DNA of 51,082 bases from Catajapyx aquilonaris (lineage: Eukaryota). The notes beneath the pieces were generated by a model. That model was not told the DNA's origin. It made no database searches and saw only the letters and a list, made by a program, of their open reading frames with translations. The stretch spans positions 124,001-175,082 of the forward strand of contig JYFJ02000123.1 of the NCBI GenBank assembly GCA_000934665.2, given 5' to 3'. The position numbers were made by a program, and so were the translations under genes. Below are positions 1 to 12,600 of the stretch, in pieces. How positions within the stretch are numbered: position 1 is the stretch's first letter; every line of letters begins with the position of its first letter.

Positions 1-1631
1 TGGATAATATTATATTCATGAGAGTGGACAGCCTGACACGGTGTCTGACAATTACAGCTGATTTTATGGCGTCCTTGCTGCTACTTTTGAGCGATTCGGT
101 GCATCTTCCGATGCGCGTCAGTGACTACTCTTCCAATGTACGCCAGGGTTACGAAGCCTTCGTCAGTAGACATCAACATGTACTAAACCATCATAACATA
201 TCTATTGGTAAGTAAAGCTTAATTTCCGATTGCATGTTGCGGCAGATAGTACTATAGTACTAATATAGGCTTGAATGACATTCATAGGACTTGGCGTACA
301 AAGAAAAAGAGTTGAGTACCATATGTCAGATAATGAGCCTGGATTATTCCAATAATATGATCAAACTTGTGATACTCTCACATAAATGTTGAGCAATTGT
401 GGGCGGAACAAGTAGGCTTAACAAAAAGCTTTGTAACGGAAAGTTCAAAGACTTCGATCAGTACCTCTCATATTGCAGACTGGTCAAAAATCACATTTGC
501 GAACTGGCCAACTCCTGCTGTATAGTGCAACTTTGCTTTTAGGCCGTAACATAATTCGAGAGAGAACAAAATCGCATGGACTACTTGGGTCCTCTGCATG
601 TGATGTTCACTCGCTGTCATTTCCACGGTATAATCATATCGTTCCTACTTGGCTTGCTCTAACTGCTAGGGGGAAAAAAACTTAACCTCTTTGCCATCAT
701 TGCAATGCCGGTCATTGCTTTTTACTATTACTATTACGGCACGGCTTTCTGACATTAAGTTAAATGAGCATCTCATTCCCGTGGCAACGTCATTAACACT
801 GAGCTGCAATTCCTTTGGATGCAAATGTATATTTGTAAAATGCTGTCGTTATAATTTCGACATATCTGTTCCTACCACCTCGCCATTCAGTTTATTTATC
901 ACTTTAACTGTCTAGTTCTTATCCACTCAACATTCAGTTTATGTATACGCATTTCTTCCTTTTCAAGAGTCAATTTGGACTAATTTCTATTCAGAATCAT
1001 ATTGAAATGTCGGTTAACTTGTGTGTATCAACTATTGGACTAATCAGTGTTGGCTTAATTAGTATGCAAAGAATCTGAATCCAAGAAACAACGTCCTTTC
1101 CATGCAATTTTGCTTAAAATTAACTCAACTGAGCCTTTTTGCCTTACTACACCGCAGTCCGAAACTGATGCTTCCAATGCATGTTGGCAATAGTGCCTCA
1201 CCTGCTTTGCAATGGCATGATGAGCATCATGATTGTTTGAGAGTCGGAAGTAGCCTTAGGGGTGTCCCGCAGCCTACTTCCAGGACGCCGTGATGCGCTT
1301 TGAGTTGGCAGCTCAGGGCTTCCAAGAGGGTTCCAGCTCCAGCAGGGAGAGCAACGAGCAGCTCCTGGAGCTGGAGCGGGCCTTCCTTCTGCCCCGGGGC
1401 GCCAACTCGGGCTTCTTCCAGCACGCCATCTTGGGGGCTTCCCCGGACGACCTCTTCTCCAGCCAACACTTTCCAGGGCTGGAGAGGGCAATGAGAGGGT
1501 GCTGCGAGCATGACTTGGCAGCAGACAGAGACCTAGTGCTGCGGGAGATGGACCTGGTTGTTCGTGCTCTAGAGGCCGGATCTAGCGTCCTCCAAAGCAA
1601 ACTCATTCCCCCAGAGGTCGAAGAGAGGTGA
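1..1631 (+). CDS. 3' part of a glutamate carboxypeptidase II / NAALADase (M28B, transferrin-receptor-like dimerisation domain) gene; exons <1..207 and 1273..1631
   Basis: LLLLSDSVHLPMRVSDY and NEQLLELERAFLLPRG...FFQHAILGAS...QHFPGL resemble the C-terminal motifs of GCPII/NAALAD (NDQLMxLERAF..P.G...F.HVI.....FPG). Donor G|GTAAGT at 208 and acceptor CGCAG at 1272 join in phase 1 (GCC). The gene runs off the left edge. Confidence 0.8.
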
Positions 1632-2417
1632 CCTCATCCTCGTGCTTCCCGAGTGCCTCAATGGAACAGACAACAACAAAAACAGAAATAATAATAATAA
1701 TAATAATATGATTGTGAAGAAGGTCTTCTTTCCTCTCTTGCTGTGTGACTTTTGTATCCAGACTTCTTCGAGGCAGTTGGTAGGTTTTTTATATTTTCTG
1801 GAGTTCAATAATTCAGGCTCCGTGACTGATATTTTGTCTGGACTATGTGTATGTGTTTTTTCCGGCGTCCGGAAGCAAAGAAAGAGCCCAGGACCAATTT
1901 TATTGCGTGCCAATTCGACCTGTATTGTCCTGGAAATAAATTATGAGTAGCAATGTCTTGTGTACATATTTGAGATGTGATTTTTAAATACCTATTCTTT
2001 TGGACAATATTCATCAATGCTTTATTTGCAATCTCGAAATGTTTTCACTATGAAACCTTGAGTGAAAAGGTATTTTTGGCAGGCAACTGGAAAACAAATA
2101 ATGTATATTTTTTATTGCCAAACATAGCACATAGTAATTAGACATTATTGTCTTACTTGTAATATTAGTCTCACATAACGTTGATATATAAACATGGGAA
2201 CTTGTTACGTGAGGCACTGTTGGATAAATATTGACATAATGATAGGGTGGCACTATCTGATATTTCTGTATAGTCAATTTCTAGTGCCCCACACATGAGA
2301 ATCGACATATCGACGTGGATGCTCGGTCATGCGCTTGCAAATATACTAAAGAACACCTCTATAGTGCATAGGCAATACTGCATAGGGTAAAGGCGTTACA
2401 GAAATGCGGGAAATGTC

Positions 2418-5400
2418 TCAGTTAATGCTCCCGGGAAGATTGATTTCCAGCTCTTCCTCTTCAGCCTCATTGTGCTGCGTGGTTCCTTCCGCGTTGGTGG
2501 CGTCTGTTGGAGGAGGCCTTGTGAACTCCCTTCTCTCCAGCTCGCCGTTCTGTTCCTTCAAACCCTCCCTGAAATTGTCCAGGGCCTCTCCAAGACCAGA
2601 CTTAATCGCATTAAACTCCTGGGTAACAAGCGACAAGCGTCCGACCAGGTAGTTCAGATTACCATCCACTTCTCCCATCCGATTGGTGATGAGTCCGACC
2701 TTTCCGTCCATGCTGTCCATGGTCTTTATGCTGTTGCTGACGTAGCTCTCCGTCTGGCTGTGGATCTTGTCCAGCATGTCCACTGTCAGGGACAGCTGGT
2801 TGTACATGATGCCGATTTGTCGCCACACCTGGCTGATTTCCCTCTCCATGTTGGATGTTAGGTTCTGGAGGGCGGCGGTCTGGTTATGGAGGATTAAGGC
2901 CGAGAGGTCGTCGAATCTCTTCTGGACAGCTTGACTCAGATCCTCCGATTGCTTCTTCACCGTCTCGCTCACCTCCATCAGTATCTGCTGGATTCCGTAC
3001 TCTACCCGTCTTTTGGTGTCCAGAACGCCGTCGGCTGTGTCCAGCAGCACGCTCTCTACATTGGACATGCCCTGCATCTCCTGCATGACCTCGGCATGAC
3101 CCCTCTGGAGCAGCTCCAGAATAGCCTCGCCCAGAGCGTGCGTGTCCTCAAACCTCTTACCAACCTCTTCTTGTTCCTGGATAAGCTCGCGACGCAACTG
3201 GACCACCTGAGCCTCTATGCGACCGCTGGAGTTGTCCCCGGACGCCTCCAGTTGCTGCCGAAGACTATCGAAGCCATCCCTATTTTCAGTCGCAGCTGCA
3301 GCAATGTCGTGGCGAGTGGCACCGATTCCCTGAGAAAGACGGAGGACTTCGTCTCGAGTCTGCTGGACCACCTCGCTGACCTCTTCCAGCTGACGCTGCT
3401 GCCCTTCCAGCGCGTCCAGAATGGCGTCCAGTGCTGGTGATGAAGGAACGGACGCTGCTGTGGTGGTGGTGGTAGTACTGGTAGGCACTCTAAGTCGACG
3501 TAAGACGTCTTCCTCGAATTTGTTCATCTGCTGCTTCCGGGCATTGTCCACCAATCGGAGTTCTTCTATAGCCAATCGGAGCTTCTCGTCATTACCTCCT
3601 TGCTGATATTTGCTTTCTAACGCCTCTATAGCCTCATGCAGACGTGCTAACTGGTGCTCTGTCCTCACTTGCGCTTGCTTGAACTGGAGGAGTAAAGGGG
3701 TTATAGCACATGTCAGACATGGCAATATGCAAGTGATGATTACCTCGTCTTCCATCTGGTTAAGCTGTCTCTGCAAGGTTTCGTCCATCTGGTAGGTCTT
3801 CAGACGTATGTCGTGCACATACTGAGTGATGTCATCGTTGCTGTGATGAGACCCACCGCCGCCACCGGAGTCCAGTTTCTGCTTCATTTCCTCCATCGCC
3901 AGTACCATTTTGTCCATCTGAGATTTGTGCTCCTCATCTCTCTAAAAGTACCGGTAAGCAAATTCACTCCCAAATGAAAAGTATTACGTGTTTTGCGAGA
4001 TATTATCAGCTTTTAGTTATTGGGTGAGTGTATGAAGTCTCGTTACTGGTTTCCTGTTTACAACAACACCAAAGAGCAAGTGCGTCAATACGAGTGGGTG
4101 TGCAGCGATAACGAAATTCATATCTGACACAGTTTTCTTTCAGATATCCACAGAAGGAGGCAAGCGAATCCTCCCCTTTAGTGCTGAGACATTTTGTGGT
4201 CAGTTGTATAATTCGTGGTATTCAGAACCGTCTGCAAGTGCAAATATTATATCCTTCTTATTGGCACTGGTAAATCGCATACTGAGGCTAACTTTTAAAA
4301 GGCGGATCTAAAATATTCCACACTGCTTGCGAAAATAATTTCGTTAAGATATGCCCCGAACGCAATTACGCTGTCTAAGGAGGCATGACAAGATGATTGC
4401 TAACACTCTCCGCTCAGTAAATTGCATAAAAAATTGAACTCACTTTAAAAGCCCTTATGAACGCACTTAGCTGCAAGAAATTGAGTTTTCTGTTAATATG
4501 GGCAATGTTACACGAAGCAAAACGACACGGATGAACGGTCATGAAAGAATGACACTCGCGACTTGTAATGCCTCAATGTACGTAGCTACCTTGGTTCTTC
4601 TAATAAATCAAACCAAGGTTGCAACCAGCCATCCTGTAACTTCATCTCGAATTATAGTAATTAATAAATCAGAACCGGATTATTAACAAATAATTCAATG
4701 ACATACCTTCTGCATAGTTTCCATCATTCGCTGCATGGTTTCCTCGCTTCTTGCCAACTGAGCCGCTAACCCATCGATGCCTTTGTCCTGAGTCCTGACC
4801 TTCTTGTCCAGCAAGGCCACGTTTTTAATCATCTGGTCACCCACCTGCCTGGTTCGGACCTCATGTCGCTCCAGTTTGCTGATCTGGTCTCGCAGGACAG
4901 GTAGGAGGGACAGGATGGCATCTCGGATGTCCAAATGACTGTGATGGATTTGAAGGGAACATGAGTGTCGACGGACATGCCTTTCGAGTTTGGCATCAGG
5001 TCAACTTGTGACGAGAGAGGCACATCCACACTTATCCCTATTTTAAACGTTCATTGATGGTCCCCGTGGCCTGGATTCTTGCTAATGAAGCAGCTCCCAG
5101 TTTAGATACGATTTCAAGAGCCGGAATTATTTATGATGCGACTATACTCGGTTCAAGGCTATCCAAGGGCAAAGTTCCAGTTTAGAAAAGTCTCAAGTGC
5201 CACTTGCGACATTGTATGTCACCATGAATTTTCATTTACGTGATGCATGCATTACAGAGAGAAGAAGGATGCTAAATAATGCAAACTACGCCCTTCAATC
5301 ACTCCTCTTTAACTCGATGAATGACGTTCTGGGAAGAGATTGATTTGTGAGTGATTGCGCGTGCCACTGATGACGCGAATCAATACGAAGAAACTAAAAT

Positions 5401-5498
5401 ATTATCAGAGCATTGATTTAGTAGGTCATAACTTCGGGTTGCATGTGACATGATTATGTAAGTGGGACGTAATCTTTGCACAATTATGTTCCTATCAC

Positions 5499-5570
<72 letters not shown>

Positions 5571-5942
5571 GCTTCAGAATGTATGTAGCGCAATATGGTG
5601 CTTTGATTTCGTTTTTGTGGCTGTTTGTAGCCGCCAGATGAAGTGTGTTTGGACAGTGGGAGGAAATAGTACAGCAAGTCACATAATTTTGAGTCATTAC
5701 CATAATATTGTAATATACTCTAATTGTTGTCGTAAATAACGTTTAACTTATTGATGGCAAAGTGTCGACTCAAAATTATTGTGAAGACTTGCTGATACAC
5801 AAAGCGTCCCAAAAATGATCACTTACGAGACAGTGGAGTCGTCCACTCTGGGTCTTGGTCCTCCTGATACGCCAATAAAGATGGCAGCCAACAGGACAAT
5901 TGACAAACACCTGTTGGCTCCGAGAGTTGCAAACTGCACCAT
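2418..5942 (-). CDS. Secreted long coiled-coil protein, 603 aa; exons 5942-5827, 4938-4707, 3941-3744, 3683-2418
   Basis: Signal-peptide-like start MVQFATLGANRCLSIVLLAAIFIGVSG, GT-AG junctions with matching phases (2,0,0), heptad-rich Q/E/L body and well-ordered C-terminal block EISQVWRQIGIMY...NLNYLVGRLSLVTQEF. An acceptor (CACAG) lies just upstream of the ATG, implying a 5' UTR intron. Confidence 0.85.
5500..5570. repeat. (ATT)n microsatellite in intron 1 of the coiled-coil gene
   Basis: About 23 perfect ATT units visible. Confidence 0.97.
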
Positions 5943-8900
5943 CCTCTCTGTGCGAAGATCTATCCGAGTCTATGGGCGCCTCACAGCTGAGAGAGGAAAA
6001 AGATGTGGGGGTAGAAAGGGGGGGAGAGGCAGACGGCAGTGACCAAATGGACAAGTTGCCAATTTGGCCGAGCTCCCCAAGAGCCATAACCCATAAAGTG
6101 CGGGATTCTCGTAAAACCTCCCAACAGGTCAATTGTCACCTGGAATGACAGTTTAATCCCGTGTTAACTACACTTTTCTTGTGCGGTTCTTTTCTATGCC
6201 GGAAAAGACTATTGGTTTTGGCAGGTGAGATGGAAGGAGCCGAATTGTTTACCAAGCCAAACAAAAGGCGCGAGAACTAATATTAGTCATACATGACAGT
6301 GGCAGGTTCTTTAGCTCTTTTTTTTTGTCTACTGTTTGGGTCCAACGTGTGAGTCGCGCGTCTGTAAATAATAGTTTTGGGAAGTTCTTACGTCAGGTCT
6401 GACCTCTTGGGCGCGATCCAGATGCAGCGGTAAAACTTTCTCAACTCAGATTATTTTTAAAAACCTGTTTTTTAACTGCCCTCCCGAAAAATATTTTTGA
6501 CCTTGTCATCAATGTATGTGTGCGACATATGCATTAATCTTGTGTAAATCCAGACAGGCGACGTACTGCCAAGTGTCAGCTCTTAAAGTTGGCAATGATA
6601 AGAGGGAAGGTCAAGGGTGGCATTGGAAGAGGTTATGGGTCTAGCACTCTCTTTGGTCAAGCCTACGTGGCCATTAACCCCTACTAGACCACTGAGGAAG
6701 GGGTCTGAGAGTATAAGAAAAAAAATCCTCCCCCGCACATGATAGATGAGAAGGTAGATAAGAGCCGGCTGAATGTCAGCCTCTGTTCTGCCTCATGTCG
6801 AGTGACAAGACTCCAAGTGGTAAGGCCATCAGGTGCTGCCCAAAAACACCAAGGAAAGAATGAGCCCTTCTTGGCTGTCACTGCCTCTCAGGGCCAAAAA
6901 TAATGGATTATGTTAGTCCTCTTTCAGCTGGCTCGATTCAATCTTGGGAAGGGACAGAGTTACTGGGTTGTGATCTCCACCTCCAAGATTTTTTTTCTTT
7001 TTCTTTTTGGAAGAAAAGCCAAGGCCGATTCGGATATTTGGAACAAGGCCCGCCAAAGTGTCACAGTGGATTCACTTTTGAGGATCGGCCAATCTGATCG
7101 GAAATAATGTGGGCTATTGAGGTTATTTTGGATTCTCGAGGGGAGTCGGGCCACTTGCACTGAGTTGGCTTGTTGGTTTATTATTATGGGATAGAATGAA
7201 TACTGGATTTTTGGGTGTCATAATTTATTGTGACTATGCTGCTTTAAAAAAAAAGTTAACCAAAATAATTTTGTACACATTGAGATAAATAGTAAAATAA
7301 ATGAATCAATGACAATTTTTCTGATTTGTTGTTGTGTATACTGTATTTAATATACACAACAGCAAGATAATCATTGCTATATTTTCTTCCTAAATTAACA
7401 AGTCAGACAAAAGTCATGCAATGAATAAACTAGAAGTGTATAAGTATATAGCTGTATAATATTATTTTTTAGTGCCAACTTTTTTCACCTTCTGGAAATA
7501 GGGCACCTAAAATACCATCATTTTCGACCAGCAGTGCAGCTACAATTCACCTGTCGAGTTGGGTTGCCAGGACTGTAGTGTGATAGTTGGTGACATTAAG
7601 TGCACACCAGATGCGGACGGTTTGACGCAGAATTTTAAAGCAAAAACAATCTGAGACAAAAGAACGTTCTGGTTGAAAACCGACCGTACATTTTAATTTA
7701 ACTGCAGAATGACTTATGTTTTTCCCCGCCTCCGGAAATAAATCATTCGTTTCGTTCCAAGCCCAAGTTGTTACTCTGGCTCCGGAAACTGCCTGAGTAG
7801 CAATAATCCAGGATGTTAAACACGAGGCACGTGGATGAAGCAATCCACAGCTTTTTCCATGCAATGCCTACAAAAATACCCTTTGAATGAGGCTGCCCTT
7901 TTTTTTCAAAAAATAGCTAGGAAGCCCTTACTCTCTATTCTATTTTATGACCCCGCTTCATTACTCCCAACAAATCATCCTAACTGCGATTCTCCTTTCT
8001 CTCTCTCTCTTCATTTCCATACCGCTCTAGAAAAGGACCACAAAAAATGTCATTTGCATGCCCAGCGCAAGCTCTCGATGTAATTTATGCTCGCCTTAGT
8101 CGGTGAAATTATGCCCAGAGATACTTGTGGCTTCATCTGCTACAGTGTTTTTAAATAGAGGCACACTCGCACATTTGTCCGTCCCAAGTGGCCAGAATTA
8201 ATCGTGTCACGCAAAGCCAGGCCTGTTACATAAAGATGTTTCCAAGTGACACTTTTTGGTCGGTTTATTAAGGCAACCCCTAGGCGGAATCTGACCTTTG
8301 CCAAAATGCTGGTGCTACTTATGCTATTTGTTGGGTAAAGGTAAAGTGACAGGTAGGCAACTTGTCGCAATGAATTTTGGCGGGCAGTTTGAAGTTGGGG
8401 TCTTAAAGCACTGACTTGAAACCTTGGCACATGACATGTCTTTGCTGATTTGCAGGGCTAAATCGAGTGCAACTACCATCTTGACCCCTGGGGACCGAGT
8501 CCTTGTAATTCATTAATGAATTGCAAGGCTACTGGACAACTTTTATGAACATGTCCCCTTATGGAGACAGCACCGCAAAGACGTCAGTCAAGCCCTTTGT
8601 GAAAGGCCAAGACCCTTGATCTTGGGAAGTTGCGCAATATTTCGCTTCTGCTTGTAAACATCCGCAAGTGCAGTAAATTTACCTTTTGGCAGTGGATTGA
8701 AAGCTACCGGAAGGTGTATATGCTACAAAAGTGTGGACATACCTCAAAAGAGCAGTCACGTGGCAGAAGAGCAGCAGCTGAGTGGAGCTAAACAAGTGAT
8801 GCTGGGGGAAGGCAGTCCTTTAAACCCTCTTCCCCACACCCAACCACCCACCCACCACATCCTCCCTCCCATCATCCTATTTTCAAACTATCTATGAACC

Positions 8901-9690
8901 GCACTACACACAAAAGCAATGAGTCCAAAACTTTATTTTTTTTTTTACTCCATCATTGGGTGAGAAAGCTGGTAGTAAGCGGATCTAATCACAAACAGCT
9001 GCTTGCAGTTGTCCCCAACTAGTAAAATGAGATGACTTTGGGGGGTTTGAAAGGGAAGCTGCATCTCTTTTGCACTGCTTTTCCTCCCCAGGACCCCTCC
9101 TGTCCTCTATTTTTACTTCGTACATTTCGTTTCCAGACGGCTTCTGAAAATACAGTCTTCTTCAGAAAAAAATATAATTTTACATCTCCACATGCATAAC
9201 TATGCAACCGGATTGTCATTGTTTATGAACAGGTTTTGAGCGTTGAATAATAATAAGATTCACAACCTCTTTTATTTTTATTTCCCTCACTGGGTGTCAT
9301 TCGCTCCCTCTTCAGTACACTCGTGTTTTTGGCCCGTATAAGTAGTGTTAAAGGTGTCAAAAATAATACTGTCAAAATATGGTCTGGGGGAGGGGGTATA
9401 GCCTGTTTGGTATGAAAATGATAAAAGTTACCGAGATGCCTAACGCATTTTAAACTGTCGAAAGAACAAAAAAATAAAATGATGTTGACAGGAACCGTTT
9501 CCATAGCTTACCCTGACATTAAGACACGTGACATGGTGGCAGCTAATTGGGTAGCATAAAAATAGCCCTAAGAAAGCCCAAATCGTGACACATTGTGCCA
9601 GTAAGCCTCTACTATTAAAATTGACGAGCAATAACACCTTAAGTTTTTAGCACCTATTTGCATACATAGAGATATGATTGTACAGCATTT

Positions 9691-12600
9691 TTATAGGATA
9701 GGTTCAAATCCGTTCCAGTCCACAGCAGCCGCTTTCCACTTGGTCTGGATGCAGTTCTCAAGAGGCGGGACCAGATCCTCGTCGCTCCTTGAGATCCTCC
9801 TGGTCGTATCTGATTAGATAAGTTGAATTAAACATGGCGTGAGGCAAGAGGATGGGAAGGGTTTGCGTACCCACGGTAAGCCGGATTTGATCCTCCTGCT
9901 TGGCCAGGCCGTCGTAATAGTAGAGGTCGAATCGGGGCTGATGCCTCCAGTCTTCGACTAGCTCTTTTCTGGTCGAAAAGAGCACACTAAAGTGGCTTTC
10001 GCTGCATACCACCCACACTGGGAATCGGGGGCACTTTAAGTTCGATCCAACCTGAAAATGGCAAGGTCAGGGTCTTTTTTATATCTACTGCCAACATTCA
10101 TGTTCGCAGATAATAATAGATGTATTCCATGGAAATAATATATGAGTAAACTACGCAGTAAAAGGGCAGCTTCTTTATGCCAATAGTGCACGCACATGTA
10201 CGACGAAATGGTTTTGTGTCATGCTAAATATATTTAACATGTGTTTTATGATCCTGAAGAGAAAAATATATTGAATTTCCATTGTGGCACCTGTGCAACT
10301 GACACATCGGCTAATTAATGGCACATTGTATTTACAGCCATGGAACATACCTCGCAGGAGTTGTAATGCTCGAATAAGGACAGGAAGCCAATGTCGCAGG
10401 AGTGTTGTATCCCTTTCAACACAGCCTTGTCCTGCCCGCCCGAGTCCAGCTCAATAATGTTATCAAACACGTTGGAAGTAGCATTACCAGTCAGGAGCAG
10501 ATTGACCATCTCTTGCGTGCAATAACCATGAGCTCCCATCAGTGTCCCGCTAGACACGTCCATGTCCTCTTTCACCCTTGATGGAGGGAAAAAAAGAAGA
10601 AAAATAAAGTCGGGCGTGGCCACAACCGCGTTACGCAAATGACTGTCTTACGCTTCAATCCCTCGGGAAATGATGGCCGAGTAGATTGCAAGGATGCATC
10701 CGTGACCTCCATCCTTCATGAAGTGGCCTATGTTGGACTGCAGATGACCCTGAAGTAACTCTCTGTCCGTAAACTCGTGCAGTATCATCGTCTCCGTCAC
10801 TCCGTCCGGATGGTACCGGCCCAATGAGGCCATGTGGGTCACGCAGGAAGACCTGCGGACAATAGGTTAACCAATAGTTTCTCCAGCCTTTTATCTGATC
10901 AGAGACGCTTACATAGCTAGTGTTGCTTTTGTCCTCTGTCCGCACATCCACAGGATGTCGCAGAGAGCTAGAGCAAGCGCCATTCGTGTTTCAGCAGCTG
11001 ATGGAGACAATGGGTCACGGGCCCTGAACTCCGGCTTGGTTTCAGATCCGTAGATCATCGCTTTGAGGACGTATGACTGAACAGCAGCCAGCACTCCACA
11101 AGGTCCTCCCTGCAAGGAAACGGCTAGAAAACATCGGTAACACCGGGACACGGGCAGTGCTTTACCTTCTTCTGGACTATTCCGTACAGGACCTTTGGGT
11201 GGTTGCTGAACGTGAACCCCTGGCCTAACCACCCGGAACTGAACGTCTGGGTCGTGTTGCCGAACATCAGTTGGCGCAGTTGACACCCCAGATCGTGGGT
11301 GACAGGCTTACCCACAGTCGCCTTGTTCTTAAACCCTTGCAGACGCCTGACAGACGGGGGTGACCACGACGATGATTCCATATCAAGGTCGTCGAAGAGC
11401 AGGAGGTCACCAACTCGGACGCCTTCTGAGCTGGACGGAGCCACGTTGTTGTTGGTATGCTGGTGGGCGGTCTCCTTCGGTTTGATACCCAGGATTTTGA
11501 AGGTTTTGTCCAGGCTGGCTGGACATTCCTCCAGATGGACCTCGTTCTGGAGCTTATTGGACGCCACCAAGGCCTCCTTCTTGCTGCGGAGAATGTCGCA
11601 TCCGATGTCGATCGAGTTACGTTTGGTCCTGCCAACTGCATCGGGAACTTCATCGTCGTCGTCGTAGTCATCGACGATGCCCAGATCCGGCACGTCTGTA
11701 CCGTTGCCGTTATTGTTGTTGTAAGTCGAGGAGGAAGGGCCGTCGACTTTGTCCTCTTGCTTGTGCTCCCATGCTCTAGGGTGGATTTCTGGCTGTTGGA
11801 TGTCGGCGTTGTAGCCGCTGGCCTCTGACCCGTCGTATTCGTTGTATGAGCGAGACTTTCCGTAACCATGTTGCTGATGTCTACCTGGAATTAAAGGCAA
11901 AGTCACTTTGATTAAGTTTCATAATTATTAAATATGTGATTATTAACATCAGGAGCACACTTTCTTGATCAGTTCTAGGAAAGGCATTATTGTATACACC
12001 GTGGAGATATTTACATTAAATCATTGACTGACAGGTAAGGGCATTGACATCCACATTTTTCATGGAGGGGAATCACGTCATCTCGGTGGAGCACAGCGTG
12101 AAAATGAGTAACGGATTGTGCTAACACGTTTTAGTCACGCAAGAACGAGGTGAGCCATTATTTCAGTCGAAATAAAGACATCCTTAAAATAATCGCGTCT
12201 AATTGCAAATTGTTACATAACTGCTAGTTCGACACGATAAAAAGGAGAGTTTATCGCCCCCTATTATTTGTTTAAAAAAAACTCAAAGTACCATCAGACT
12301 GTTCATGCGTAAACACTTGTCAGCACAACCCACACGCTGCCAACATTTCACGTCAAAAACCAGCTTTAAAGAGACATCCATTGTGGATTTTAAAGTTTGA
12401 AAACTCACGAGGCCTGGAGTATACGATCGACCCTACAGTTACTACTAGGGGAACAAAACATAGTAGGCGTAAAAGGTCGTCGTTATATCGATTACCATCC
12501 ATTGTGAACCTCGGCATGCCCTCCTCCTAAAATGAAAATGCCTCCTGGCTTTTTCCTGTTGTATTCTACCACCATTTTCCAGTGTAACCACCCAACAATC

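Noticed and set aside
1632..1691. Possible readthrough of the NAALADase TGA-C stop, giving 19 extra codons
   Set aside because: A short open stretch of this length is expected by chance, and there is no supporting structure or conservation visible.
2472..3795. Plus-strand ORFs up to 169 aa
   Set aside because: Antisense shadows of the coiled-coil coding exons.
5380..5739. Poly-Asn and poly-Ile ORFs
   Set aside because: Products of the (ATT)n microsatellite.
7551..7650. Candidate non-coding first exon of the coiled-coil gene (CAG|GTGAAT donor at 7550, minus strand)
   Set aside because: Plausible, but supported only by one splice-like motif.
11267..11869. 200-aa alternative-frame ORF and antisense ORFs inside MINDY4 exon 3
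   Set aside because: Overlap a clear coding exon and carry no recognisable motif.
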